From an uncultured Actinomycetes bacterium (GTDB taxonomy: Bacteria; Actinomycetota; Acidimicrobiia; IMCC26256; PALSA-610), in NCBI GenBank assembly GCA_963782465.1, contig CAWAJR010000007.1, forward strand, positions 347,016 to 411,015: DNA of 64,000 nucleotides, given 5' to 3'. Below, in pieces: positions 23,871-32,505 of this stretch (its first letter is position 1; every line of letters starts with the position of its first letter). The position numbers and the translations under genes were made by a program. Under the pieces are notes generated by a model, which saw nothing but the letters and a program-made list of their open reading frames with translations, was not told the DNA's origin and did no database searches.

Positions 23871-26587
23871 TGGATGTCAATCGCATACTGCTCGACATCC
23901 TCGTTGTGTTGCTGGCGGCGAAGGTCGCCGCCGAAGTCGCCGATCGCATCAACGTCCCGGCCGTGGTCGGCGAGATCATCGCCGGGATCATCATCGGCCC
24001 GTCGGTCCTCGGGATCGTGCACACGAGTGAAGCGCTGCAGACGCTCGCGCAGCTCGGCGTCATCCTCCTCCTGCTCGAAGTAGGCATGGAGATGGACCTC
24101 GCCGAGCTCCGGAGCGTCGGCCGGGCCTCGCTCCTGGTCGCGTTCGTCGGCGTTGCGGTACCGATGGTCACCGGCGCGGGCATCGGCCTGGCGTTGAACA
24201 TGACGGGGAAGGAGGCGCTGTTCGTCGGCGCCGCGCTGACGGCGACGAGCGTGGGTATCACCGCGCGGGTCTTCGGCGACCTCCGCGCGCTCGCGACGAT
24301 CGAAGCGAAGACGGTGCTGGGCGCGGCGGTCGCCGACGACGTGCTCGGGCTCGTGATCCTCACGGTCGTGACGCGCATCGTCAGCGAAGGCTCGGTGTCG
24401 GTACTCGGCGTGTTGTGGGTGGTCCTCGTCGCCGTCGGTTTCGTGGTGCTCGCCTCGCTCATCGGCGTGCGGTTGGTGCCGCCGGCGTTCGCCTTGCTGC
24501 GTCGTTACAGCCGTTCCGCCGGCACGTTGGTCGCGGTGGCGCTGGCGTTCACGCTCGCGGTTTCGGAGCTTGCACATGCGGCGCAACTCGCACCGATCGT
24601 CGGCGCATTCGTCGCCGGGCTCGCACTGGGCCGGAGCAGCGCGGCCGACCGGGTCCGCATCGAACTCGCACCGGTCGGGCACCTGTTCATCCCGGTGTTC
24701 TTCCTGGAGATCGGCATCGACGCGCAGGTCCGGCAGTTCGCCCGGCCCGCCGTGCTCTGGATCGCGGCGGTCCTGCTCGTCGTCGCGATCATCGGCAAGC
24801 TCGTGGCCGTCGTCGGCATGGCGGGCTCGCCCGGCGATCGCCTGCTGGTTGGTATCGGGATGATCCCCCGTGGTGAAGTCGGACTGATCTTCGCGACGCT
24901 CGGACTGCGCCAGCACGTGTTCGGGGAGGATGTGTACGCGGCGCTGTTGCTGGTCGTGCTCATCACGACCGTCGGCACGCCGCCCGTGTTGCGCGCGCGC
25001 CTGCTCGCGATGCGCGCGGGCCGGCGCGCCCCCGGCACCACGCCGAGCGCGGTCCCCACCGGTGAGCTCGTCTTTCTCGACCCGGGCGGCTACGTACAAC
25101 TTCACTCCGAGCCGTTGCCGTCCGACGCGCTCCGCACCGCCCTCCAGGCGGCGCGTCTGGCCCGCGAGCACGGAGCCGGCGCAACGCTGCTCGAATGGTT
25201 GGAGGCGTTCCCACCCGGCCCGCGCCGGTTCGACGCCGCGGCTCGCGACGAGTTCTTTCGACTGCTCGCGGAAGGCGGTCCACGATCGTGGCGGCTTCTC
25301 ACGACGTCGGGCGTGCTCCAGCGCGCGCTGCCGGAACTCGACGACGCCATCTCCCACCGGCTCCGCGACCCGTTGCAGATCGACCCGTTGTCGTCATTGC
25401 GCCTCCCTCGGTTGGAAGCCGTCCGTGAGGCTTCGAGCGAGCTCGCGCCGGGCCCGGTGCTCACGAGCGTGCTGCTCGCGTCGCTCGTCCTCGACGCCTG
25501 CGACGACGCGTCGGTGCAGCCCGTGCTCGTGGCGCGCCGCACGGTGCAGCGGCTCGATCTGGGCGCGGCGATCGAACAATCGGTGGCGGGGCTGGTCAGC
25601 GACGGCGAACTCCTCCCGGCCGCATTGCGACGCGTCGACGCGCTCGATGAAGAAGCGGTGCTGCAACTGGCGGTTCACCTGGCGACGACACAACAGGCCG
25701 ACGCGCTCTTCTTCCTCGCGCACGCGACGTTCTCCGGCGACGCGTGGGAACGCGACCGGCTCGACTCCCTGGCCGATCTGGTTCGCGACGCGCTCGCCCA
25801 CCCCGAGCTCGTCGGGCGCGACGCGTCGTACGCCGTCGAACGGCGCAAGCGGGAGGCGATGACCCTCGTTGCGGCGCCTGCCGCGCGGGCACGGATCGAA
25901 GCAGCTCCCCGGGAGTACGTCCTCACACAGACGCCGGCTGATCTGGCGCGCCACGCCCAACTGTGCGAACCGCCACCGCAGCGGTCGGAAGTGCGAGCCG
26001 CGGTCGACAACGTCGACGACGGCTACCGGGTCGAGATCACCGCGCGCGACCGGATCGGTCTGCTGGCTCGCACCGCCTGGGTGCTCCAAGACGCCCGGTG
26101 CTCGGTGCAACAGGCGGCCGCGGTGACGTGGGGCGACGGAACCGCGGTGGCCTCCTTCCGTGTGGAGGCCGCCCGACCTCCGGAGCCGGCCGCGTTGGCC
26201 GTGGCACTCGAGGCCGACCTCGACGCGCCGCTCGTCGCGGCGCCCTTGCCCGATGTGACGCTCGAATTCGACGACAAGGGTTCGCCCTGGCACACGCGGT
26301 GCACCGCGACCGGGCCCGATGTTCCCGGGCTCCTCCGTGGCTTGGCGACCGCGTTCGCGGTTGCGGGGGCCAACGTGCACTCGGCGCGGATCTTGACCGA
26401 GGCAGAAACGGCGCGCGACGTGTTCGACCTCACCGACCGGCGCGGTGCGAAACTCGACGAACACCTCCAGGAACGGATCGTCGAGGTACTGGCCCAAGGG
26501 TTCGAACCACGCCGGCGCCGCTTCGGCCTTCGGCGCCGTGGCGGTGCCGGCCATGCCCAGCCGCACCTTGCCATCGACGGCACCTAG
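23870..26587 (+). CDS. Fusion protein: CPA2 (Kef-type Na_H_Exchanger) cation:proton antiporter domain + GlnD-like C-terminal region (GlnD_UR_UTase helical part, degenerate HD, two ACT domains); no NTase domain
   Basis: ATG 23870 overlaps the upstream stop (TAATG). Residues 1 to ~395 form 12-13 TM helices (LLAAKVAAEVADRINVPAVVGEIIAGIIIGPSVLG..IPRGEVGLIFA). The C-terminal part shows LLTTSGVLQRALPELDDA, LLASLVLDACDD, ACT1 YRVEITARDRIGLLARTAWVL and ACT2 TATGPDVPGLLRGLATAFAVAGANVHSARI. Confidence 0.85.
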   Translation: MDVNRILLDILVVLLAAKVAAEVADRINVPAVVGEIIAGIIIGPSVLGIVHTSEALQTLAQLGVILLLLEVGMEMDLAELRSVGRASLLVAFVGVAVPMVTGAGIGLALNMTGKEALFVGAALTATSVGITARVFGDLRALATIEAKTVLGAAVADDVLGLVILTVVTRIVSEGSVSVLGVLWVVLVAVGFVVLASLIGVRLVPPAFALLRRYSRSAGTLVAVALAFTLAVSELAHAAQLAPIVGAFVAGLALGRSSAADRVRIELAPVGHLFIPVFFLEIGIDAQVRQFARPAVLWIAAVLLVVAIIGKLVAVVGMAGSPGDRLLVGIGMIPRGEVGLIFATLGLRQHVFGEDVYAALLLVVLITTVGTPPVLRARLLAMRAGRRAPGTTPSAVPTGELVFLDPGGYVQLHSEPLPSDALRTALQAARLAREHGAGATLLEWLEAFPPGPRRFDAAARDEFFRLLAEGGPRSWRLLTTSGVLQRALPELDDAISHRLRDPLQIDPLSSLRLPRLEAVREASSELAPGPVLTSVLLASLVLDACDDASVQPVLVARRTVQRLDLGAAIEQSVAGLVSDGELLPAALRRVDALDEEAVLQLAVHLATTQQADALFFLAHATFSGDAWERDRLDSLADLVRDALAHPELVGRDASYAVERRKREAMTLVAAPAARARIEAAPREYVLTQTPADLARHAQLCEPPPQRSEVRAAVDNVDDGYRVEITARDRIGLLARTAWVLQDARCSVQQAAAVTWGDGTAVASFRVEAARPPEPAALAVALEADLDAPLVAAPLPDVTLEFDDKGSPWHTRCTATGPDVPGLLRGLATAFAVAGANVHSARILTEAETARDVFDLTDRRGAKLDEHLQERIVEVLAQGFEPRRRRFGLRRRGGAGHAQPHLAIDGT

Positions 26588-26617
26588 AGCGGTGTTGCGT
26601 CATCCCACGGCAACGCG

Positions 26618-26860
26618 TCAGCGCGGGCGGCGGCCGCGCATCGCAAGGACGTCGTTGGCGTGTTCGCTGCTCCACCGTTCGACTTCGGCCCAATTCCACA
26701 GGTAGGTACGCCGGCGCATCACCGGTGCCGGGAAGTGGAACCGGTGCAGGCGCCAGTCGAGCACCACGTTGCGATGCCGGAGATGCAAACGCTCCGCAAT
26801 CTCACCGGCGTCGACGAGTTCGATATCGCTCGGTGCCGGGTGGTCGCCACGAGCAGCCAT
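26618..26860 (-). CDS. Small excisionase/AlpA-like helix-turn-helix DNA-binding protein (orphan)
   Basis: 80-aa ORF. LVDAGEIAERLHLRHRNVVLDW..YLWNWAEVERW resembles Xis/MerR-superfamily HTH_17 proteins. Confidence 0.55.
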   Translation of the reverse strand: MAARGDHPAPSDIELVDAGEIAERLHLRHRNVVLDWRLHRFHFPAPVMRRRTYLWNWAEVERWSSEHANDVLAMRGRRPR

Positions 26861-26992
26861 TGGTCGTGGGCCTCGCCGTCAGCAATGACGATGTCCGCAC
26901 ATTTCCACGGAAACCTATGCAGCGTGCGTTGCGGGACCGAGTCCAGTCGGTGACGATGCCGCGTCGCGAATGTTTCCACCGCATTTCACGTG

Positions 26993-27027
26993 CGTCGATA
27001 GCTATCGCATAGCGATAGCTATCGACG
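26993..27027. repeat. Nested perfect palindrome (16-bp arms, 3-nt centre)
   Basis: cgtcgatagctatcgc-ata-gcgatagctatcgacg. Each arm contains the self-complementary core gatagctatc. It lies 10 nt after the sulfatase stop and 133 nt upstream of the small HTH gene, and is locally AT-richer than its surroundings. Confidence 0.9.
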
Positions 27028-27036
27028 CCCGTCGGT

Positions 27037-28560
27037 TTACACGTTGAGGCCGACGACGAGTTTCGGCGGGTAGTCGCGGAAGGTCATCACGTGGGCTCGG
27101 ATGCCACGCTGGATCGCGTCGAGGTACGCGAGCTTGCGGATCAGGTAGCTGCGCGTTTCCTTCGGGTCGAGATAGAGGTTGTAAAGGCGACCGTACGGAT
27201 ATTTCTGACCGGTGCCGGTGAAGCCGCCCGGGTTCAGTACGTCGGTGTCGTTGTCGGAGATCGACGACAGCATGAACTTGTACTCACCGACACGCACGGC
27301 CGAGAACATCTGCCCGAGCCAGTAGTACTGGTGCTTGCGGTTGCTCAGCCCATCGGGCGCGAGCAGGAACGATGTCTGGTCGACGCCGTCGATGAAGCGG
27401 TCGTCGGGGATGCGATCGGCGGCGCCGGCGAGGCTGAGCATCGTCGGGAGGAAGTCGCTGAACGAGAACAGGCCGTCGGAACTCCGTTCGGGGTCGATCA
27501 TGCCCGGCCACACGAACACCGACGGCACCCGTACGCCGCCTTCCCACGTCGAACCTTTCGCGCAGCGGAACGGCGTGTACGCCGCGTCGGGCCAGGTTTC
27601 CATTTCGGGGCCGTTGTCGGACGAGACCCACACGATCGTGTCGTCGAGCTGGCCGGTGGCTTCGAGCGCGGCGACGAGCCGGCCGACGATGTCGTCGAGC
27701 TCGAGGATGGTGTCCTTGTACGGGTGGCGCGCCGGTGAGGCGCCGACCCAACGTTCGCTCGGGTAGTTGTCGAAGTGGGCACCGCGGGTGTTGTGGTAGA
27801 GGAACCACGGTTGTTCGCTCGTGGCCATGCGGCCGATGAACGCCTCGGAGTACTGCGCCCATTTCTCGTCGAGCAACGTCAGCGCCGGGATCGTCACCTC
27901 CTCGACTTCTTCGACCTCGCCGCCACGCGTCGCGTGCACGAAGCACTTGCTGAACGGTTGGTTCTGGATCCACTCCGTTCGCGCCTCGTTGTAGACGACC
28001 TCGGGAAAGAAGTACGGGTCGCGCCACTCGGTGTACATGTCGGAGACGGAGAGGAAACCGTAGAAGTCGTCGAAGCCGACATGCTGCGGTTGGGAATCGT
28101 GGTTCTCCCCGAGATGCCACTTGCCGACGCACTGGGTGACGTAGCCCGCGTCCGACAGGAGCTGCGCGATCGTGATCTCGCCTTCCAGCCCACCCGGTTC
28201 CCCGTACATCGGTGGGCGTTGCAACCCGTGGCGCATCGGCACACGACCGGTCATGAGCGTCGCGCGCGAGGGCGTGCACGACGGTTCCGAGTAGCACGAG
28301 GTGAGGAGAAGCCCGCGCCGGGCCAGCCGGTCGATGTTGGGTGTCGGTGCGCCGACCGCGATCCCACCGCCGTAGCAGCCGAAATCGCCCCAGCCCACGT
28401 CGTCCATCAGGATGACGAGGATGTTCGGTCGGCGGCCGCCGTGCGCGCGCTGGTACGCCGCGATCTTCTGCTCCGCGACGCCGACCTGGTCGGCGTGCAC
28501 GAACTGCGGTTCACGGTGCGCGGCGATCGCGGTCGTCGGGCTCGAGATCGGGTCGAACAC
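27037..28560 (-). CDS. Arylsulfatase (Cys-type, formylglycine-dependent sulfatase family)
   Basis: 507-aa ORF. GTG 28560 with SD AGGAGG. NILVILMDDVGWGDFGCYGG and the maturation motif SCTPSRATLMTGR (CxPxR). Confidence 0.92.
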   Translation of the reverse strand: MFDPISSPTTAIAAHREPQFVHADQVGVAEQKIAAYQRAHGGRRPNILVILMDDVGWGDFGCYGGGIAVGAPTPNIDRLARRGLLLTSCYSEPSCTPSRATLMTGRVPMRHGLQRPPMYGEPGGLEGEITIAQLLSDAGYVTQCVGKWHLGENHDSQPQHVGFDDFYGFLSVSDMYTEWRDPYFFPEVVYNEARTEWIQNQPFSKCFVHATRGGEVEEVEEVTIPALTLLDEKWAQYSEAFIGRMATSEQPWFLYHNTRGAHFDNYPSERWVGASPARHPYKDTILELDDIVGRLVAALEATGQLDDTIVWVSSDNGPEMETWPDAAYTPFRCAKGSTWEGGVRVPSVFVWPGMIDPERSSDGLFSFSDFLPTMLSLAGAADRIPDDRFIDGVDQTSFLLAPDGLSNRKHQYYWLGQMFSAVRVGEYKFMLSSISDNDTDVLNPGGFTGTGQKYPYGRLYNLYLDPKETRSYLIRKLAYLDAIQRGIRAHVMTFRDYPPKLVVGLNV

Positions 28561-28647
28561 TGGGGTGCCTCCTGCGAAAAACGCGGCTGGGATGTGAGGG
28601 TTGTGCGACCGTACCGTCGCATACTCCTCACAACCTGGTGAGTCGTG

Positions 28648-30377
28648 CTAGCTGACCTTGAACGTGCCGAAGCCGACTTCCTCGGTGACGTCGTTCACGA
28701 GCGCCTTCGCGGTGAGGCGCCACTGGCCCGGGAACGGGATCGTCGCGCCGGTGCTCACATAGTGGCCGGCGCCGAGCCGGATCATCTTGATGTCGAGCGG
28801 GGCAATGTTCTTGGTGGCTTCGGTCAACGACACTTGCACCTGCAAGACGTTCTCGACGATGCCCGTGGTGTGCTCGACCGTGACGTGGATCTGGTTCGGG
28901 CCGGCTTTGGCGGGGATCACCTCGACCTCGAACCACGTCTTGTTGTCGTCGCTCTTCAGGGTCGCGAGGTACGGCTTGGCCCGGTCTGCGCGCTGATCGG
29001 CGCCGCGTTCACCAGCATGGAGGTGATGACGAGCACGACGATCGCGAACGCGATCTCGTACCAGATCGCGCTGCGGAGGCGCCGGACCGTGTCTTCGGGC
29101 TCGGGTGGGTCGGGCGGGCCCGTGGTCGCGAGCATCGCCCCGGGGCCGGCGGGGAGAGGGCTCAAAGCGGCTCGGCCCGACTTGCGGATCTCGTAACGCA
29201 CGATGTCGCGGCTGGCCGACGCGACGAGGAGCACCGCTGCGAACGCGCCGATCTTGATGACCAGCAGGCGGCCGTAGCCGGTATGGAGAAGGTCGCCGAG
29301 GTGCTCGACCTGCCGGAACGACTGGAACGTGCCCGTCGCGAGGATGATCCCGACGCAGCTCATCGCGAGGGTCGAGAAGCGGTCGACGATCCGCTCGACG
29401 GCGTCGACGTCGCGCCCGCGTAACGGTTCGGTCGCGAGCACCGCGAGACCGCCGAGCCAGGCCGACATCGCGAGCACGTGGACGGCGTCGGCCGGTACTG
29501 CGAGCGCGATCCAGCGACCGGTGGACGCGTGGCCCGCGAGCGACAGCGTGAGCGCGATACCGGCACCGAGAACGAGCGCGGCGAACACGAGCGGTTTGCT
29601 GTCGCGGCGGCGTGACAGGCCGCGGAGCACCGGGATCGCGACGAGGAGCAGCACGGCCCGCGCGATCCACATGTTCCCGGCGCGCGTATTGATCGTTTCC
29701 GAGAGCAACGACGAGTCGAAGCCCTTCGTGATCCCGCCGCCGCTCGCGTACGCCGCTTGCATCGGGATGTCGGCGAGCACCGTGAGGAGCGCCACGATCC
29801 ACGAGCCGAGCAGGAGGCGCCGGATGCGCGCCGCGTCCCAGCCTCCCGGCCACAGCGCGACGAGGAACACGGTGACGCCGATCAAGAGCGCGATCGAAGC
29901 GAACGTGAGGAAGCGGATGACGCCGTAGGTGACGCCGACAACCTTGTTGCCTCCGCCTTGTTGGGCCAGCAGCTTCTGGGCGAACTCGCTGCCCGACGCC
30001 GACACCTGCGCGTTCCCGACCGCGAACTCGAACGCGCCTTGCACCGGGTGGGTGTCGGCCGAGATGACCCGCCACGTGACCGCGTAGGTCCCGTCCTTCA
30101 GGGCCGGGAGCGATACCGACGCCGTGCTCGACTTCCCGTTCGCGTGCACCGACTTACCGGTTTTGATCGCGTTGCCCTTCTGGTCGAACACGCGGATCGC
30201 GTCGGGCTGGAACGTCACTGCTTCGCTGTACTGGAGCACGACGGTCTTCGGCGACGTCTGCACCGTCGCGTTCGGTTGGGGCGTTGTGCTGTCGAGCGTC
30301 GCGTGCGCGAACGCAGGCCCGGCCGTGACGATGATGATCGCCACCGTCGCGGCGGCGAAGACGAGCGGTTTTTTCAT
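28648..30377 (-). pseudogene. CopC-CopD fusion copper resistance/uptake protein (YcnJ-like) with a C-terminal YtkA-like domain; frame broken near 28975-28985
   Basis: ORF 28956..30377 carries a signal peptide, CopC (AHATLDSTTPQPNATV..GTYAVTWRVISADTHPVQGAF) and the multi-TM CopD. The protein continues in the frame of ORF 28648..30075 (KPYLATLKSDDNKTWFEVEVIPAKAGPNQIHVTVEHTTG). The junction reads cagaccgggccaagccg. Confidence 0.85.
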
Positions 30378-31027
30378 CCGGCGACGTGCCTCAGGTGTGG
30401 TCGGCGGCCCGTTCTGGGGTTCCTGTTCCCGTCATCGTGCACGATCCGGTGCAGGAGCCACAGTGCAGTCAAGCCGACCAGGTCGGTGACGTGCTGGAGT
30501 TCACCCGAGGGCGTCGCCCGGTGCGACGCGACGTCGGCGATCGACGTGCCGAGCAGGCAGACGACCAGCGCGACCGCGATCGGCAGCACCCCGGCGACCG
30601 CCTGGCGTGGTCGCCATGCCACCCACAGGAACCCGATCGCGAGCGCGACGTCGAACGAACCGATGTGCCGGGCGACGTGCACCGGCAGGTGCGCGTCGTC
30701 TCCGAGCAGCAACGCGGGCGTGGCCAGCGCGATCTGGAGCAGCCCGGTGCAGGCGAGCACGACGCGGACGCCGAGGGATTGTTCGTCGGTGCCGACCGGT
30801 GAGGGCGCGGGTCGCAGCCCGGCCGCGGCGAGGATCTGCGGCGTGAGATCGGGAACCGGTTCGGCCGCTCGGAGCCGGGTGAAACGCCGGAGCCGTTCGG
30901 TTTCGACCTGGTACTCGCGGCAGTCGCCGCACTCTCGGAGATGCGGCAGTGCGCGAGCCCATGCTTCGGGGCCGACCTCACCGTCGGCGTGGGCAGAGAT
31001 CAGTTCCCGGCATTCGTCGCAGCGCAT
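30374..31027 (-). CDS. Zinc-finger (zf-HC2) anti-sigma factor with a four-helix membrane domain
   Basis: MRCDECRELISAHADGEV..HLRECGDCREY, followed by four hydrophobic helices containing several His residues. Its stop overlaps the CopCD start (ATGA). Confidence 0.8.
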   Translation of the reverse strand: MRCDECRELISAHADGEVGPEAWARALPHLRECGDCREYQVETERLRRFTRLRAAEPVPDLTPQILAAAGLRPAPSPVGTDEQSLGVRVVLACTGLLQIALATPALLLGDDAHLPVHVARHIGSFDVALAIGFLWVAWRPRQAVAGVLPIAVALVVCLLGTSIADVASHRATPSGELQHVTDLVGLTALWLLHRIVHDDGNRNPRTGRRPHLRHVAG

Positions 31028-31109
31028 GGTGTCATAGTCGCCTCCGGAGTGGGGCGAGTTCCCGTCGCCCGCGAGGCGAAATGGCGCGTCGTCCAGCTAG
31101 GTTCGAGGC

Positions 31110-31628
31110 GTGGACGACCTGACCCGGTTGCTCGTCGCCGCCCGCGACGGCGATCAGCTGGCGCTGGTGAATGCCATCCGCGAAAGCCAGGCCGACGTGT
31201 GGCGCTGCTGCGCCTGGATCGTCGACGCCGCCGAGGCCGACGATCTCGTGCAGGAAACCTACGTACACGCGCTGCGTGCCCTGCCGAGCTACCGGGTCGA
31301 GGCCTCGGGGCGTACCTGGTTGATGTCGATCGCCCGCCGCACCTGCGCCGACGCGCTGCGGCGGCGGGTGCGCTCGCGCCGGTTCTGGTCGCGTATCGCG
31401 CCCCGCGACGGTTCCGTCGGAGATGCGTCACGCCAGGTCGCGCTGGAGACGTTGATCGAGTCGCTGGCGCCGGAGCGCCGCGAAGCATTCGTGCTCACCC
31501 AGTTGATGGGCTGCTCCTACGAGGAGGCGGCCACGGTGTGCGACGTCCCGATCGGAACGGTGAGATCGCGTGTCGCTCGCGCCCGAGCCGATCTGACGGC
31601 GGCGATCCGTGCCGCCGAGGCGATGTGA
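31110..31628 (+). CDS. ECF-type RNA polymerase sigma-70 family factor
   Basis: 172 aa. Region 2 DDLVQETYVHALRALPSY; region 4 LAPERREAFVLTQLMGCSYEEAATVCDVPIGTVRSRVARARADL. Divergent from the anti-sigma gene. Confidence 0.88.
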   Translation: MDDLTRLLVAARDGDQLALVNAIRESQADVWRCCAWIVDAAEADDLVQETYVHALRALPSYRVEASGRTWLMSIARRTCADALRRRVRSRRFWSRIAPRDGSVGDASRQVALETLIESLAPERREAFVLTQLMGCSYEEAATVCDVPIGTVRSRVARARADLTAAIRAAEAM

Positions 31629-31665
31629 CGATTTCTCGGAACCAGGGCCTGGCCGGGAACGACTC

Positions 31666-32397
31666 ATGGGGCAACAGCAGCACCAACGGGGGGAGACCGA
31701 AGTGTTCAAGCGGTTCGCGACTGCAGCGGGAGCGGTGGCGTTCGTCGTCGCGCTGGCCGCGCCGGCCAGCGCGCACGTGCTCATCGAGCCGAATTCGGCA
31801 CCGAGCGGCAGCGATGCCGTTCTCTCGTTCATCGTCCCGAACGAGATGGACAATGCGAACACGACCCAGGTGGTGATCGCCTTCCCGACCGATCACCCGA
31901 TCGCCGACGTCGTCCTCGAGTCACCCCCGGGTTGGACCGCGAAGGTCACGACGGCCAAGTCCGCGAAACCGATCCAGACCGATTCCGGGCCCGTGAACGA
32001 CTACGTGTCGCGCGTCACCTGGTCGGGTGGTTCGATCCCTCCGGGCGAGTTCCAGACGTTCTCCGTCGACGTCGGCCTGCCCGACGCTTCGTCGCTCACG
32101 TTCCCGGCGCTGCAGACCTACTCGAACGGCCAGACCGTGCGCTGGATCGAAACGCAGGCTCCCGGCCAGCCCGAACCCGATCACCCGGCGCCGGTGCTGA
32201 CGCTCACCGCCGGCGACACCGGATCGGCCGCAACGACGACAACCGCCGCGAGCACCTCCGGGCCGTCGACGTCGGGTTCGTCCTCGTCGTCGAGCAACGG
32301 CTCGAAGGGCCTGGCCACGTCGGCGCTGGTGGTGGCGATCATCGCGCTGCTGGTGGGCGCCGGTTCCTTCGCCGTCGCGCGAACCCGCCGGGCCTGA
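31666..32397 (+). CDS. YcnI-like (DUF1775) copper-binding cell-surface protein
   Basis: Signal peptide ending APASA followed by HVLIEPNSAP (mature N-terminal His). Beta-sandwich blocks VTWSGGSIPPGEFQTFSV. Ser/Thr-rich linker and a C-terminal TM anchor. GTG 31702, with the purine run GGGGGGAG upstream, is an alternative start. Confidence 0.82.
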   Translation: MGQQQHQRGETEVFKRFATAAGAVAFVVALAAPASAHVLIEPNSAPSGSDAVLSFIVPNEMDNANTTQVVIAFPTDHPIADVVLESPPGWTAKVTTAKSAKPIQTDSGPVNDYVSRVTWSGGSIPPGEFQTFSVDVGLPDASSLTFPALQTYSNGQTVRWIETQAPGQPEPDHPAPVLTLTAGDTGSAATTTTAASTSGPSTSGSSSSSSNGSKGLATSALVVAIIALLVGAGSFAVARTRRA

Positions 32398-32505
32398 GGC
32401 GTCGCCGAACCGGCGTGAGCGGGCGGGCTCGCGCCGGTTCGGCCGCGGCCCGGAAACGGGCCGCGAACGGGTCGTCGACGGTGGGTATGCCATCCTGGGC
32501 ACGCC

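Noticed and set aside
26618-27036. The small Xis-like gene plus the palindrome as evidence of an integrated mobile element or att site.
   Set aside because: No integrase, transposase, tRNA target or flanking direct repeats are visible. The neighbouring genes look like ordinary chromosomal genes. It is kept only as a low-key finding.
27037-28560. The Cys-type sulfatase lacking an adjacent formylglycine-generating enzyme or anSME maturase.
   Set aside because: Maturases are often encoded elsewhere in the genome. Absence from a 64-kb window is not informative.
31035-31063. A candidate ECF-type promoter on the minus strand upstream of the anti-sigma/CopCD operon (GGGAAC-N17-CGACTA).
   Set aside because: The -35-like GGAAC is suggestive. 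However, the -10-like element is a poor match to common ECF -10 motifs and sits only 7 nt from the ATG. No matching motif was seen upstream of the sigma or ycnI genes.
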